From assembly GCF_963921235.1 (NCBI RefSeq), contig NC_086097.1, positions 76,324,001-76,388,000 of the forward strand: a DNA stretch of 64,000 nucleotides, read 5' to 3'. Of this stretch, positions 38,651 to 51,375 are shown one piece after another. Within the stretch, counting starts at the first letter, position 1. Each line of letters starts with the position of its first letter. The position numbers and the translations under genes are program-made. The stretch is from Mobula hypostoma (Eukaryota). The notes beneath the pieces were generated by a model. The model ran no database searches. It was not told the origin of the DNA and worked only from the letters and a program-made list of their open reading frames with translations.

Positions 38651-39795
38651 GGAAGTTTAAACCAAATTGGTAGATGAAGATATGATGACAATAATACTGA
38701 TGATGAGTAAAAGTATGAAGACATTTCATTTTGGCAAATGTTGATAATGAAAATAAGGATGATCATGACCAAGTCACAAGAGGTGCTGGTAAAATCCACT
38801 AACGTGGTGCTTTCCTCAATTTACCTCAATACTTTTCTTGCATTCGCAGGTACTTAAATTAGTGGAAATGGAAATTTAAGTTAAGATGTAGCATTCAATA
38901 AGGAGAAAAAAAGACAGGGCACATGGGGTGGAGTGTGATGGGTGAATATGTGTCCTTGAAGGCCTTAGGAAAACCTTTGGAGTTTATGTGATTTAGACTT
39001 TAGCAAGACTCATCTGAAGAGAAGTAGTTTTTGAAACATCACACATTTGAGGCAAGTCTCTGTGAAATTGCAGCACCTATTATGAGCAACATTATTTACA
39101 ATTTTAAAGCACTGGAGGTATGTGATGCTGTTCTGGAAAATCCTTTACTTCAGGAGTGATCCAGGATGATTGGATGCCTCTTTCTCCATAAAAATGCAGA
39201 TTGCCTAATTTAAAACAGGAAAGTTTGTCAAGAATCCTCTCTGCAGACTCTGGATATTTTCAGCTGTCTCTTAATGCTTTTAGAAACCACCAGAAGCTAT
39301 TACATCTTCTATCCTGCTGTACAATGAACAGAAGAGTTTGATGGGAATCAATCAGCTTAAGGTTTCAGTTTCCGAAACATATCCCAGGCAAAAGATTATC
39401 CCTTCCAAGAAGGAAGGCAAGGTAAAACTAATCAAGTAGAAGACTTCCGCAAGAAGGTGGCCAGCATAGGCATTCAACTTCTGTGCAGTTTAACTCAGCT
39501 AGAGACTTCCCAGATCACAGCCTGCCTCACAAAAAGCATTAGGATCAGAGATCAATGTGTTCTTTTAGACAACTTGGGTGAAGAATGGAATGAAGAAAAA
39601 TAGAATGGCTAATGCATTATAGGCAGTTGCAATAAACTTTACATGTTCATGTCCTCATGAACAATTTGAAAATGTTAATGGTCCAAGTGAAAAAGACAGG
39701 AGGTGTGAGATCCTGGGATGCATGAAAGTCTAAGAAGATAGTTATCGTAGAGGGATGGGAGAAATGACTGCAGATCCAAAGGAAAATATATACAG

Positions 39796-40399
39796 TGTAA
39801 GGGTTTTTTCTTTTATGTTACTGCTAAGGTGAATAAAATGGCTTCTCTGTACTGTTAACTGCTGAGGCAATGGTCCTCTATAGCAGCATGTTTGGGTTAT
39901 AACTAGTGATAACGGGACTTGTATTCATTTGCTAACCAATTGGGATAGATGTTATTCTTTCTGTCTGTGTGAAAGCTGTTAGTTTGCGTGCTTGGGGGAG
40001 AAGGCACGAAGAGGATGAAGAGAGAAGAGGTGGCTTGGGGAGACGGTTGTCGGACCCGCTGGGCCTGGGCTTGGAGTAGGAGCCCAGGGGTCGACGATGA
40101 GCGAATGAGGATCAGCGAAAGGGAATCAGTGAGCCCCAACGTTTGGGCACTGGACACGTTTATGAGATTATTGTCCCCTTTTATTTGTTTTCCTTTTCTT
40201 TTGTTTCTCTACTAACCCCATACTTAAATATAAAATCTTAATCATTTGACCGCACATTGTGGACTGAATGTTATTTCGGGGTACTGATGTTACACAGGGG
40301 ACACAACATGCAACATCCACCCAAACAAGAATGTTAAAGTTTGGCCGGGTAGGGGGTACCACCCCCGAGATCATGCCACTAGGCAAAGCGAGTGTTACA
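39796..40399. mobile_element. Solo LTR-like element (604 bp), same family as 55889-56471
   Basis: tgtaa...ttaca ends; shared blocks actgctga.gcaatggt..ctct.tagcagca.tgtttgggttat and gggg..a.cacccc...caaagcg.gtgttaca. No clean TSD. Confidence 0.7.
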
Positions 40400-41236
40400 A
40401 CTATTAAGGAATATTTCATTGTGTTTTGATTTTCGATGTTTCTTGCACCTATCATTAAGTAGTCTTCCTGATGAATATCCACATGTAATGCACTCCATGT
40501 TCATAAACCTTCCAAGGGGCTATAGCCATCTCAATTCCATCCATGTTAACTGATGCTTCCAAAGGCACCCCTTTTGCCTCAGATATCCATTATGCCAAAG
40601 GAGTCTACATATTGAGCTTCAGCTCATCCTTATATAGGTTATTGTATGTTACAGACATTAGTTGTGCAGATATTGCATAACAGCAAAGGCATATTATTCT
40701 TGTATGTGGCAGTGTAATACTTCAGATTATGCACAAGGTTGGCATGCAAGTTGACAGTCTTTTTTTGCAGCCAATTCTATTAAATAGAATGACAATTAAG
40801 CAGAATACCATGACTAACATAATCAAATTGGTGACTGAATGTCACAATACCTTCTGGTCAATAGAGCAACCACTGAGCAAAGTCATTATAGGTGTAAATT
40901 AAACACACCAGAAATGTCAAAACACCTCATTTCACTGAACTTGAAAAGCGAAATTTCCATTTTATTGCCAATAACACAATGATGAAAATTTGGCTCCAAA
41001 AGCAAGATGCACTGACTTTTTTTTAACTAAAATTCTGAAGTTTACCGATAACATGCATTTAACAGCAAGTAGAATTGCCATTGCCTTGCTTTTACTGATG
41101 GAAATCCAATTGAAAATTATACTGTATTCAACATCAAGCCAAAACTAATACTAATATACCAAGTAGATTCAACTATTTACTGCATTATATTTTCAAAGAC
41201 TATAATGTATTGATTATTTTAATGGTCAGTACTTAC

Positions 41237-41298
41237 ATTGTCGTACAAGGCTTGAAGGGTCTCCAAATCCACTACTGAGTTGTCCAGATTTAAAATAG
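41237..41298 (-). CDS. FMN1: Formin-1 FH2 exon (62 nt, phase 1->0): AILNLDNSVVDLETLQALYDN
   Basis: atttcag|CTATTTTAAAT...TACGACAAT|gtaagt. Frame continues from the upstream exon. Confidence 0.92.
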
Positions 41299-44200
41299 CT
41301 GAAATTACATGTTACATATAGCGCATTAAATCAAATTTATTGGCAATGCTGAACATACTGTCACATTGCACTAGTACTGCATCTTGAATAGAATCCTACA
41401 TACAGTACATCTCTTATAAACAAAAAAATGAACATTTCACTATTTTAATGTCACAGGGTATAGTTCACAGAAGGCACCAACATTTTAAAAGACTGTTTCT
41501 GATATATTAGAACTGAAATACGGTTAAAATAATGCATTTCACTTAACTGTCATTGTATATTGTATTGGACTAATCTCCCAAGTCACGGAAACTAACTTTA
41601 AAACCTATCCCTGGCACTGAAGATGTTATACGTTTTACAAGATAAATTAATATGTTGCTTCCCCAAAATGCTGTTCAATTATAATGCAGCCTGATGGCTT
41701 TCTAAAGGATCACAAATTCTTATTAGAGATCTAAACACATATTGTCTGCTCAAATTTTCCACTTTATTGAAACTTTGAGATAAACAGAAAGGAAGCAGAC
41801 ACATGCTGGTAATTTTATTGGATTCTTGTAACTAGAAAAACTGTTACTCAGCCAAGCCTGGCTTTTGAAATCTATTTTGAGGTAAATTAAGGCAGCATTT
41901 TCCTGTGGCACTATGGTGTCCGCTCACAAAAGCAAGAATTTATATACAGAAAGATCATTAGTGTAGCATTGTACCCATTTGGTTATAATAACCGTCACTG
42001 ACGACAAAAAACAGATCAGCATTGTGCACTTAACAAACTAGCAGGCACACACATTAAAACACTTTCAAACTAAATTCATGTACTGTGACACATAAAATGA
42101 ATGGAGTATTTGGAATCCACATGTTCTTGGTTTGGTTGTATTAATTTACCAATTGTGTGAGCTTATGCTATCCTGAACCTGAAGACAAACTTAATTATTT
42201 TTGAATGACATTTAGCCTAGCACATCCATAAAAGCTCATATGTCATTCTGTTGTATTCAACATAGATTCTCATGGAAACTTCATTAAGGATGTTTTCCAC
42301 AGGTAGCCACAGAAAAGCAGCACTTCTTTTGTTTATTATTCCTTCCAGTATTTAGCAAGGAAAATCTGATTTTCTCCCCTTTGTCAGGTCATTCTATACT
42401 GATTTAAAGACCTTGAAAAAATAATTTTAACTGCACAAACATCACTCATCTCAGACTTTCTGGTACCAGTCAAATGTAGCTTACATTAGTCTAGCTGGAA
42501 AGTTTCCTGAAGGATTATGCTTCTTGTGGAAAAAGAGGAAAGCAAAATTAGATTTTATTTGTAAAGTTTAGCAGAGACTGTCACCAAGGCAGTTCACCAG
42601 AGGAATACGAGCACAGTGATAAAAATCCCTCTCGGCTTAACTTTGTGACCTATCTGTTGTGCCAGTCTTTAACAGACATGTCAGCTATCCACAGAGCACT
42701 CCCTGGAGGATGCCTCTGGTCTGACTGCCTTTCTGTCATACCACAATAACTGTGTGATTTATGAAGCAGAAAATTGTGATAGGATTGACATGCAGTTGAG
42801 AGACTAGCAGAGCCCTTATGCCCCAAAAATTCATGAGCAAAATTGTTCTGGCACCAGTTCTGGCCTAGGTTCATAAGACAAAATCCCTTGATCTTTGAGA
42901 CAGATTCAAAAGAACACATGTTACAAGTTATTCAGAATGAAGAAATAGTTTCTAAACCTCTAGATTTGCTCAGCTTTAGGTTAGCAAATCTAATCTAACA
43001 CAATGGTTTGAGACCTGAAATGCAAACTAGCACAAGGACATTTTCAAAATTAACTTATTTAGATTCTACCAAGTGTGCAATCACCACAGCTGCTCCAAGC
43101 ATAATAAACATGTCTTGTGTTTCTGCTGAGCGCAAAACACTCCTCTATCAAGAGCATTTGACAACATGGGCTAAGTTGACACAGAAGTTAGAGCAGCTTG
43201 TTTCAATAGTCAATATAGGGTTAGGAAAGGAAGAGCATTCACCTATCTTGGTGTGATCAATTACACAGTAGAAATAAGGTCTTCTTTCCACTCATACCAA
43301 ACAGGGTATTTGGCTTGATTTTTTTTTAAAGTATTTTTAATATTTTGCTTTTCTCAGTCACAATTATCTAGTCTTTTGAATAACTTAACAAAAAGGAGAA
43401 TATTTTGATTTCTGTTAATTCATTGGGAGAAAACAAATACTAATGGTTAATGAAACTTTTAGGGCTGTGGGATTCCACAGCACTTAAAAATGGGTTTAAT
43501 GTTTTTTGTGGACTGTATCGATGATTTTAACTTTAATTAAAAAGTCTGCAAATAATGCTAAGATTGCCAATGTCCTTGACTTATGTCCTCCTACAGGCTA
43601 TAGGAGGACATAAATATAGAGGTCAGGTGGTTACAGAGTGTGAATTGGAATTCTTTTTGGAGAAGTCCAAATGTACTTGTGGGTGGGGGTGAGAGGTAAA
43701 CAAGTCAAGGGATTCCCAAGAAATACTAGGATACTTCCAGGATCTTGGAATGGATCCTTGAAATAATGGACAGACATATAGAACATCAGAGACAGACAGT
43801 ATACTGGCCTTTACAGAGGCATAATAGAAAAATAATGATTATATTAGAAATACACAAGCAAGAAACTGGGCTGCAACTGGAATAATATGTACAGTTCTGG
43901 TCATCACCCCACAGAAAATTGTGAGAACAGAAGAGAGGATGCAAGGGAGTTTTAAAAATGATGCTGTCAGCATTACAAAATTCTAGTTATGTTTAGAAAA
44001 TAGCTGAGCACCAATTATTTTCTTTGGAAAAATGGAAAGGAGGGAGACTTAATTTGTTACAGACCAAAAGCTGGGAAACAGGACGAACCTGAATGGCTTT
44101 TGCTCAGCCAGCCTGGAGAGGATGCACAGAATGATTGATGCCTTTTATACCTTCATTTTCAAAACATATTAATGCACATCATCCTTCTGCTTGTATATTT

Positions 44201-44834
44201 GAGTCGAGAGCATTTTGAATAAGAAATATTAATGATTTCATATATATTAATACTATCATTAAAAGAGAACACACACAGAAATATGTTACATGCTATGAAC
44301 AGATTTCTGTAATAAGGAATCTCAGATTATAGTTCAATTCCTCAGCAATGAATTATAATGTCAGACACATTAATGGATACAATAATGCAATGCAAATCAG
44401 TAATTTCCAAAAGTTTAATTTTATTAATTTATTGTCGCAGTGGCAAACATTGTTAAAATGACTAATCACTTTCTGGACTGGGTAAATCATGTATCAAGCT
44501 CTGAATAAAGTAATGTAATATTTTCTGCAGCTGAACAGGTCCAAACAAAAATTGCTGATGAGCATCTGCTTACTTTAAATTCCAAAACTGAACACAACAA
44601 TAGGGTAGACACAAATAAAATGAAAATTGGGGTTAAGTATATAGGATTTGGATTTTAGACTTCTCCAATTTAAGATTCGCCACTGGATTTTGACGAAGAA
44701 AATCCCATTTTGGAAGGCAGAAAAACTGGCATGATTGTTGCATAATTCTTTGTGAAAGCAGGAACACAAACATCATAAATACATCATTCACTTGTCTAAA
44801 ATGATATAAAATGCCATAAAATGCCAAATGATAT

Positions 44835-46588
44835 AAACTTTCCTATGAGGATGACCAGAGTGAAGGCAGGAATGATCAAGGATAAAAGTAGAAACATGTA
44901 CCTGGAATCAGGGGAGGTAGGAGAGGTCCTTAATAAATACTTTGCTTCAGTATTCACCAGTGAGAGGGACTTGATGAATGTGAACATGTCAGCATAGTGA
45001 CATAATATGCTGGAAAATATAGAATTTAAGAAAGAGGGAGGGCTGAATCTTTTAAAAAAAAGGATAGCTAAGACCCTGGGATCAGGTAGGTTATACGCCA
45101 GGTTACTACAAGAAGCAAGCAAAGAGATTGCTGTGCTATTGGCGATGATCTCCATGTCTTCACTGGCCACATGAGTAGTATCAGAAGATTAGAGGTTGGC
45201 AAATGTTATTCCTTTGTTTAAGAAAGGTAATAGGGATAATCCTGGGAATTATAGACCAGTGAGTTTTATGACAATAATGGGCAAGGAGGATTTTATTGGA
45301 CAGGATTTACAAGCATTTGGAAAAGAATAGCCTGATTAGAGATAGTCAGTATGACTTTGTGAGGGAAGATCATACCTTAAAAACCTGACTGACTTTTTTT
45401 GAGAAAGTGACAGAATAAATTGATGAAGGTAGAGCTTGGAACTGGCGTATATGGATTTTAGTAAGGCACTTGACGAGCTTCCCCATAGTAGGCTCCGTCA
45501 GAAAGTCAGGAGGTATGGGATCCAGGGATTCAAAATTGGCTTGCCCACAAAAGGTAGAGGGTGGTAGTAGATGGAGTGTATTTTGCCTTGAGATTGGTGG
45601 CCAATGGCATTCCGCTGGTATCCCTGCTCTTTATGATTTTTATAAGTGATTTAAAATAAGGAAGTGGAAGGAAGGTTAGTAAGTATTCAAGTGACACGAA
45701 GGTTGGTGGTGTCATGGATAGTGTAGAAGGTTGTTGTATGTTACAATGGAATACTAACAGGCTGTAGATCTGATCTGAGAAGTGGCTGATAGGGTTCAAT
45801 CTGAAAAAGTGTGAAGTGATATACTTGGAAGGTCAAACTTGATGACAGAGTACAAAGTTAATGAGAGGATTCTTAGCAGTGTGGAGGAACAGAGGGATCT
45901 TGGTGTCCAAGTCCAGAGAACCCTCAAAGTTGCAACGCAAGTAGATAGGGTGGTTAAGGCAGCAAATGGTGTGTTGGCCTTTATTGGTCAGAGGGATAGA
46001 GTTCAAGAGCCACGAGGTAATGTTGCAGGTCTATAAAACTCTGGTTAGATCACACTTGGTGTGGTTATGGCCCCCCATTATAAGAAGTATGTGGAAGCAT
46101 TAGAAAGAATGCAAAGGAAATTCACCAGAACGCTTTCTGAATTAGAGCACAAGTCTGATGATGAAATGTTGAGTGAGCTAGGGTTTTTCTCTTTGAAACA
46201 AAGGAAGATATGAGGATACTTGAGAGAGGTGTATAAGATGGTAAGACATAAGCACAGTGTGGGTAGCCAGCAACTTTTTTTTCCCAGAATGGTAACGGCT
46301 AATACGAGAGGACATACTTTTAAGGTGACTGAAGGAAAGTATAGGGTGAATATCAGAGGTAGGTTTTTACACAGAGAGTGATAAGTGCATGAAATACATG
46401 GTTGAGGTGGTGACTGAGGTACAGTTTGTACACTAGGGTCATTTAAGAGACTCTTAGGCATGTGGATGAAATAAAAATGGAGAGCTATGTGAGAGTGAAG
46501 GGTTTGATTGATCTTGGAGTAGGTTAAGGGTCAGTACAACTTCATGGGCTGAAGGGCCTGAACTGTGCTGTAATGATCTATATTCTAC
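44835..46588 (+). mobile_element. CR1 LINE, decayed, ending ~55 bp from the FMN1 exon donor
   Basis: aataaatactttgcttcagtattcac; gggaattatagaccagtgag; atggattttagtaaggc; EEQRDLGVQVQRTLKVATQVDRVVK; CR1 tail gaagggcctg..ctgtgctgta. Confidence 0.85.
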
Positions 46589-46644
46589 AAGTAAGTAAAA
46601 AACTATGTTAATTTGTCTATCTTGTTTGAACATACAAAACATAC

Positions 46645-46732
46645 CTTGATGTATGTCCTTCATTTCTAGATGTAGACTTGATATAAGAATTCCAACTGTT
46701 TGAGAGCGTTTGCCATCCAGTAACTTTACAAT
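46645..46732 (-). CDS. FMN1: Formin-1 FH2 exon (88 nt, phase 0->1): [29 protein letters not shown]
   Basis: Minus strand atttatag|ATTGTAAAG...CATCAAG|gtatgt. Contains the conserved actin-contacting Ile of FH2 (TVGILISSL). Confidence 0.93.
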
Positions 46733-49679
46733 CTATAAATAAAATAAAATTTCATAAATATAGTTTTTGGCACAGAAGAAATTAAACGGAGGGAGGTGAG
46801 TAAAGGTGATAAGACAATCACTTGTTACACATTTTCAGTTGCAACAACTGCATTAAGAATTACCTTCTATGTGGTAATGGAGACCAGTCTAAAGAGATAT
46901 TCTTTCCTTAAAGGGTGTAAATAAACAGCAACCTTCAGAGTTTGTGGTTGGTTTACTGATGGTTCTCATGCATTATCACATTTATAGAGAGTGAAACAAA
47001 TTAGTGATCTGATACTTGAAATTATATCAATATACAGCATACAGTTCAATAAAAAAATTAATAGAGATAATCTAATCAGCTAGGATGATTCATTAAGTAC
47101 AACAGTGAAAATGCTAGAAATACATCAAATGTCTTTAGAATGAGGAATAAAATAAACTGTAATCCCAATGGAAATTAGTATTTTAAAACGCATCTAAATC
47201 ATTGTATTTCTAGAACTATATTTAAAGTTGGATCAGGCCTGAAATTAAATGGTTAACACAAAGGAGGCATCAATAGTGTCCGTGAACCAGAATTAAATCT
47301 CATCAAAGAAACAATGACAAATCCATGTTCTATTATTACATTTTTATTATGGTCAACTTTTTAGTGAAATTCATACACATCATACATGGAGTGAATTCTA
47401 TATGCACAGCTGTCAAATCTGTTCCATTTCCTTATCATCTTCTGTTTAAAACAAATCACTATTAAAACCGTATGGGTGCTGAGATAGAAATTGGAAGATT
47501 AATATAGGTGGACAATACAAAAAGAGTATCATATTTTTAAGGATGTTTTCATAAGAGGTGAAAGAACTGCAGAATGGAAAGATTTAAAAATAAAATTCCA
47601 GCAGGTAACGTGTGGTTTGCAGAATGCCTGATGTGGAACTATACAGAAAGTACAATTCATGTGCACAAAATTAGATTTTTTTATGGGGTTTGGAAGCTTG
47701 TCAGATAGCAATTAAGGGCTAAAGATGACTTACTGAGGTCTCATACAGCAACATATACCATTTCAAGTTATTTTACAGTAAGAATAGTTCATTAATAATT
47801 ATCATTTCATACATTTTCCATGCTACCAGTGAATACTGTTGCTAAACAATACAAGCTATAGAGACAGCCGACTGTAATTTCACATTTTCCATATTGAATA
47901 GTGCAGATATCCCAAAATTACAGAAAATTCCATGTCTCAATGAGAACAAATACTTGCAGTTTAATTGTTGTTACAACTGGAAAATCTAGGCTAGTCAGAT
48001 GGGAAATTTTATGCAATCCATGAATTTGTTGGCGATCAGCATGACAGAGGAAACCTGCATTAGATCTTGGATCTACTTTTACTGCTGCTGCAACAGAATT
48101 GTAAACTGAAAGTGAGAATGAAATAGGCAGTAAATGTCAAGGACAACAAAATCAAGAAAAAGCTTTATTTGGGCATTGGTAATTGATGAAGGATGGTGTC
48201 CTATGCACAGGAAATTATTGCCATTGTAAGCATGAGTCAAGGGAAGTTGTTCTGTGGTCAAGAATAGGATAGATATGGACTGCAGAGGGGTGGCATGGTT
48301 TATAGGCACAGCGAGCTTGGCAAGCTAAGAAATAAACTGCAGGCTAGTTCAGTCAATAATTCTAGCACGAAGGAATGGGCAAGGGAGCCAAAATGAAGGC
48401 AGCCTTCATTATTCTGTACACAAAAGGATCCAGCTACTGGCAGTAACAGGGAAGAGATAGGGAAGAACCGTTTAAGGAGGTAAATAGTTGTATAAAAAAG
48501 ATGACCTATATATCCAAGATTACCTTGAAAAATTGGGTGATTTGGCAGAGATGGTCAATGATAAACTGGCAATGGATGACAAGACCAGTTGTACACAAGA
48601 TGTGATCACTTCTGTGCCTCACTCACTTGAGAGAATAAAAATGAGGGACGGGAGTACTATCTACAATGAAACATGGAAACAGGCCCAATGGCACAACGAA
48701 GTGACCACTTACTTTGATTCCATTTTATTCTCCCCACATTCCCATAGAGAACCCCCAAGTTCTACTGAGATTGCTACACCAGTAGCACCATTATGCTGTC
48801 CATAGGAGGCATGTAGAGGGAATCAAGAGTGGGAGACTGTGGATTCAAACATATCTCAAAAATGCTCTTCATGCAAGTTACTTCATGTTGGGTTGAACTT
48901 GCTTAGCTATAGACCACTTTCATGGGAATCAGGTATCTGTCACAACTTTAAAATTAGAAGACACAACGTCTGAAATTAATGACAAATCTCACATACTGGC
49001 GATACTGAAAGGAAAATGTGATCAATGTACATGTAAGCTATTTCAAAGTGGTCCCCCAAGGCAATGCTGTATTTGTAGATCTGAAGTACACTATGACCTA
49101 CTGTCATACCTTAAACAAAATAAATCTCAGGGTTGTATATGGTAACATATATGTACTTTGATAATAAATTTACTTTGACTTTTTGACTGGGTAAAGCTGG
49201 GTAATTATAATTGTTTTTAAGCTGCAGAGGGAAGTAGAAGTAAACCAGGACAGTTTGATCAGGCATACTGCTAAGAAAGTGGCTGGTACAATCAATACAA
49301 ATGAGTTAAATCAGTAACGCTAGTGATAACAACCGTACTAGTAAGAGCATTTAATTTATTTTCACCTCTGGGTGTATAGGACAATAAGAATGCAGTTGCA
49401 GCTAATTTTGGACTTTCCAGGTCTGGCCTTCTTTCCCTGCTTCAAAAGAATACTTCACCTTTTTAAACAATTGCGAGATAAGACTGCAGGTGAGAGATTT
49501 TCTGTTAGAAATATTAATAAATCCCATGTGCAGCAATAACTTAGATGACACAATGGGATATATATTATGTGGCTATTAGGAATTTGATCATATTGTATCA
49601 TAGGAATTTAGGGAATGGTACTAGAATAGGGTAAGGTGATTCTGTCGGTCCTGCTTATTAAGTCTCTGATACAGCTTGG

Positions 49680-49900
49680 ATAAAAATAAAATTTCTGGAA
49701 ATACCCAGCAGGTTAGACAGCACTTATGGAGTGAAAAACAGATATAATGCTTTAGGTTGAAGATCTTTTATCAGATAAACTTTCTAAGAAAAAAGATTGA
49801 TCTGGAACACTGGCTGTACTTCTCTCTCAATAATTGTTGTCTAATCTGCTGTGCATTTCCAATATTTTTCTTTATATTTCAAGTTTACAGCAACTGCTCA
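49680..49900. mobile_element. Old head-to-head inverted pair of the Penelope-derived repeat
   Basis: ctggaaatacccagcaggttagacagca...ttttatcaga (-), then ctaatctgctgtgcatttcca...cagcaactgc (+). Confidence 0.5.
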
Positions 49901-51239
49901 TAATTTTATTTTATATCCTTGAAAGGGAAGTCCAACTTAGTCCTCTCCCCCAACTTGTTCCCTGTAAACTTGCAATTCAAGCCTGTTGTTATTTCATTTG
50001 TTGTTGTTGTATTGTATAAAAAAATCATAAAAATACAAAATACTTACACAAAGTATACAACGTGATAGTTCTCAACATGTGTCTAGCATATTTATTTTTG
50101 TATTACTGCGGTCAGCAAAATTTTGCAGTTTTGATAATTAGTCCATATTACCTCCTTTTTAAATAAAATAGTGAAGAGTTGAAAATCGCACATTTTAGCC
50201 AAAAGGATTCAAACTACAAACATAAAATTGTTTTGGAGTTCTTCTGACACCGAAGGCTTCAACAGTGTTGATTTATAAGCTGAGTAAATATGGCTTGTTG
50301 AACAGATTTTCTCAGATTTTCTACTTGGTTTGTTGATCAGATTTTCTCAGTTTGTGAGTACACAATGTGGAGGTTAAACTTTGAACAAGAAAAACTTCAT
50401 TCCAAGTGAACTTCCTTACAATTATCAAATAAACTCAAATAAATAGTTATCAGAAAGTGCATACCACAAGCACCAAGGGCAAAGCAAATTCCCTAATTTG
50501 ACTTCAATAGAATGCAAGTCAAAAACAACTTGTTTTACAACTTATTCTCTACTCATTCATGTAAAATGATATCTAGGTTATCTTAGGAATAAATTATCCA
50601 ATTAATTCCTTAAATATCGAGGAACAGTTTGCAATTGGCGTAGTTGTCAAAGATAGATCTTTGAATTCATCAAAGTCCTCTGATCAGGAAAATACCAACT
50701 AAGTCAAGAAAGCCAAAAATGAACAATAGTCCAGCAATTAATGACAATTTGACAACCAGTAAGAAAGTTAAGACAGTGATGAAAACATCATGATAAAAGA
50801 AAATTTCACTGGAGATTGAAAGGTTACAACTAGGACTGCAAGTTAGCTTTTTGATTTACAAAAAGAATAGAGGTGGTCATTTTAAAATTGAGATGCACAA
50901 GAACTTCTGAATAAGGCTGCCGAATCTCGGTGATGGTAGTTTAAAGAAGAAGTAGAAAGATATTTGAAAGATCAAAAAGTTGAGGGCCACGGCAAACTGG
51001 CACAGAAGTGGAGATAATGTCTACGGATGATTTCACGACATATGCCGGTGATATTAAATCTGATTCTGATCAACGATGATTGTATTGAATGCCAGGACTA
51101 CTTTGAGTGTGGATGGGGTACTGCTTTTATTTTCTTATGCCGTTATTACACTTCATTTTTGAATATTCAACTTGGTTTTGAATTTTATGTTCTCTCTGGG
51201 GAACCTATGATTATGGAGAAGCAGAGAATGCAGGAGCTG

Positions 51240-51375
51240 CAAACAGGAGAAAATCTGTAGATGCTGGAAATTCAAGCGACACACACAAAATGCTGGTGGA
51301 ATGCAGCAGGCCAGGCAGCATCTATAGGAAGAAGTACAGTCGACATTTCGGGTCAAGACCCTTTGTCAGGACTGA
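51240..51375 (-). mobile_element. Penelope-derived short element nested in an older copy (51384-~51620)
   Basis: High similarity to other copies; flanked by aggagctg (51232-51239 / 51376-51383). Confidence 0.8.
51337..51374 (-). ncRNA. Minimal type I hammerhead motif, best-paired copy (two CpG-type core changes)
   Basis: rc: cagtc-CTGACAA-A-GGGTC-tt-GACCC-GAAA-TGTC-gactg. Stem I 5/5, stem II 5/5. Confidence 0.65.

Larger units (their letters stand above)
8211..46732 (-). other. FMN1: Formin gene (FMN1-like), internal part: 7 FH2-domain exons; gene continues beyond both ends of this span
   Basis: Manual splice: [232 protein letters not shown]. All introns are GT-AG with matching phases and no stops. 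[29 protein letters not shown].[FY]PLPEPQ and SQVKFEDL match my recollection of FMN1 better than FMN2. Confidence 0.9.

Noticed and set aside
50152..50215. Minus-strand AG...GT-bounded segment resembling a small exon
   Set aside because: No formin similarity; such boundaries arise by chance in AT-rich introns.
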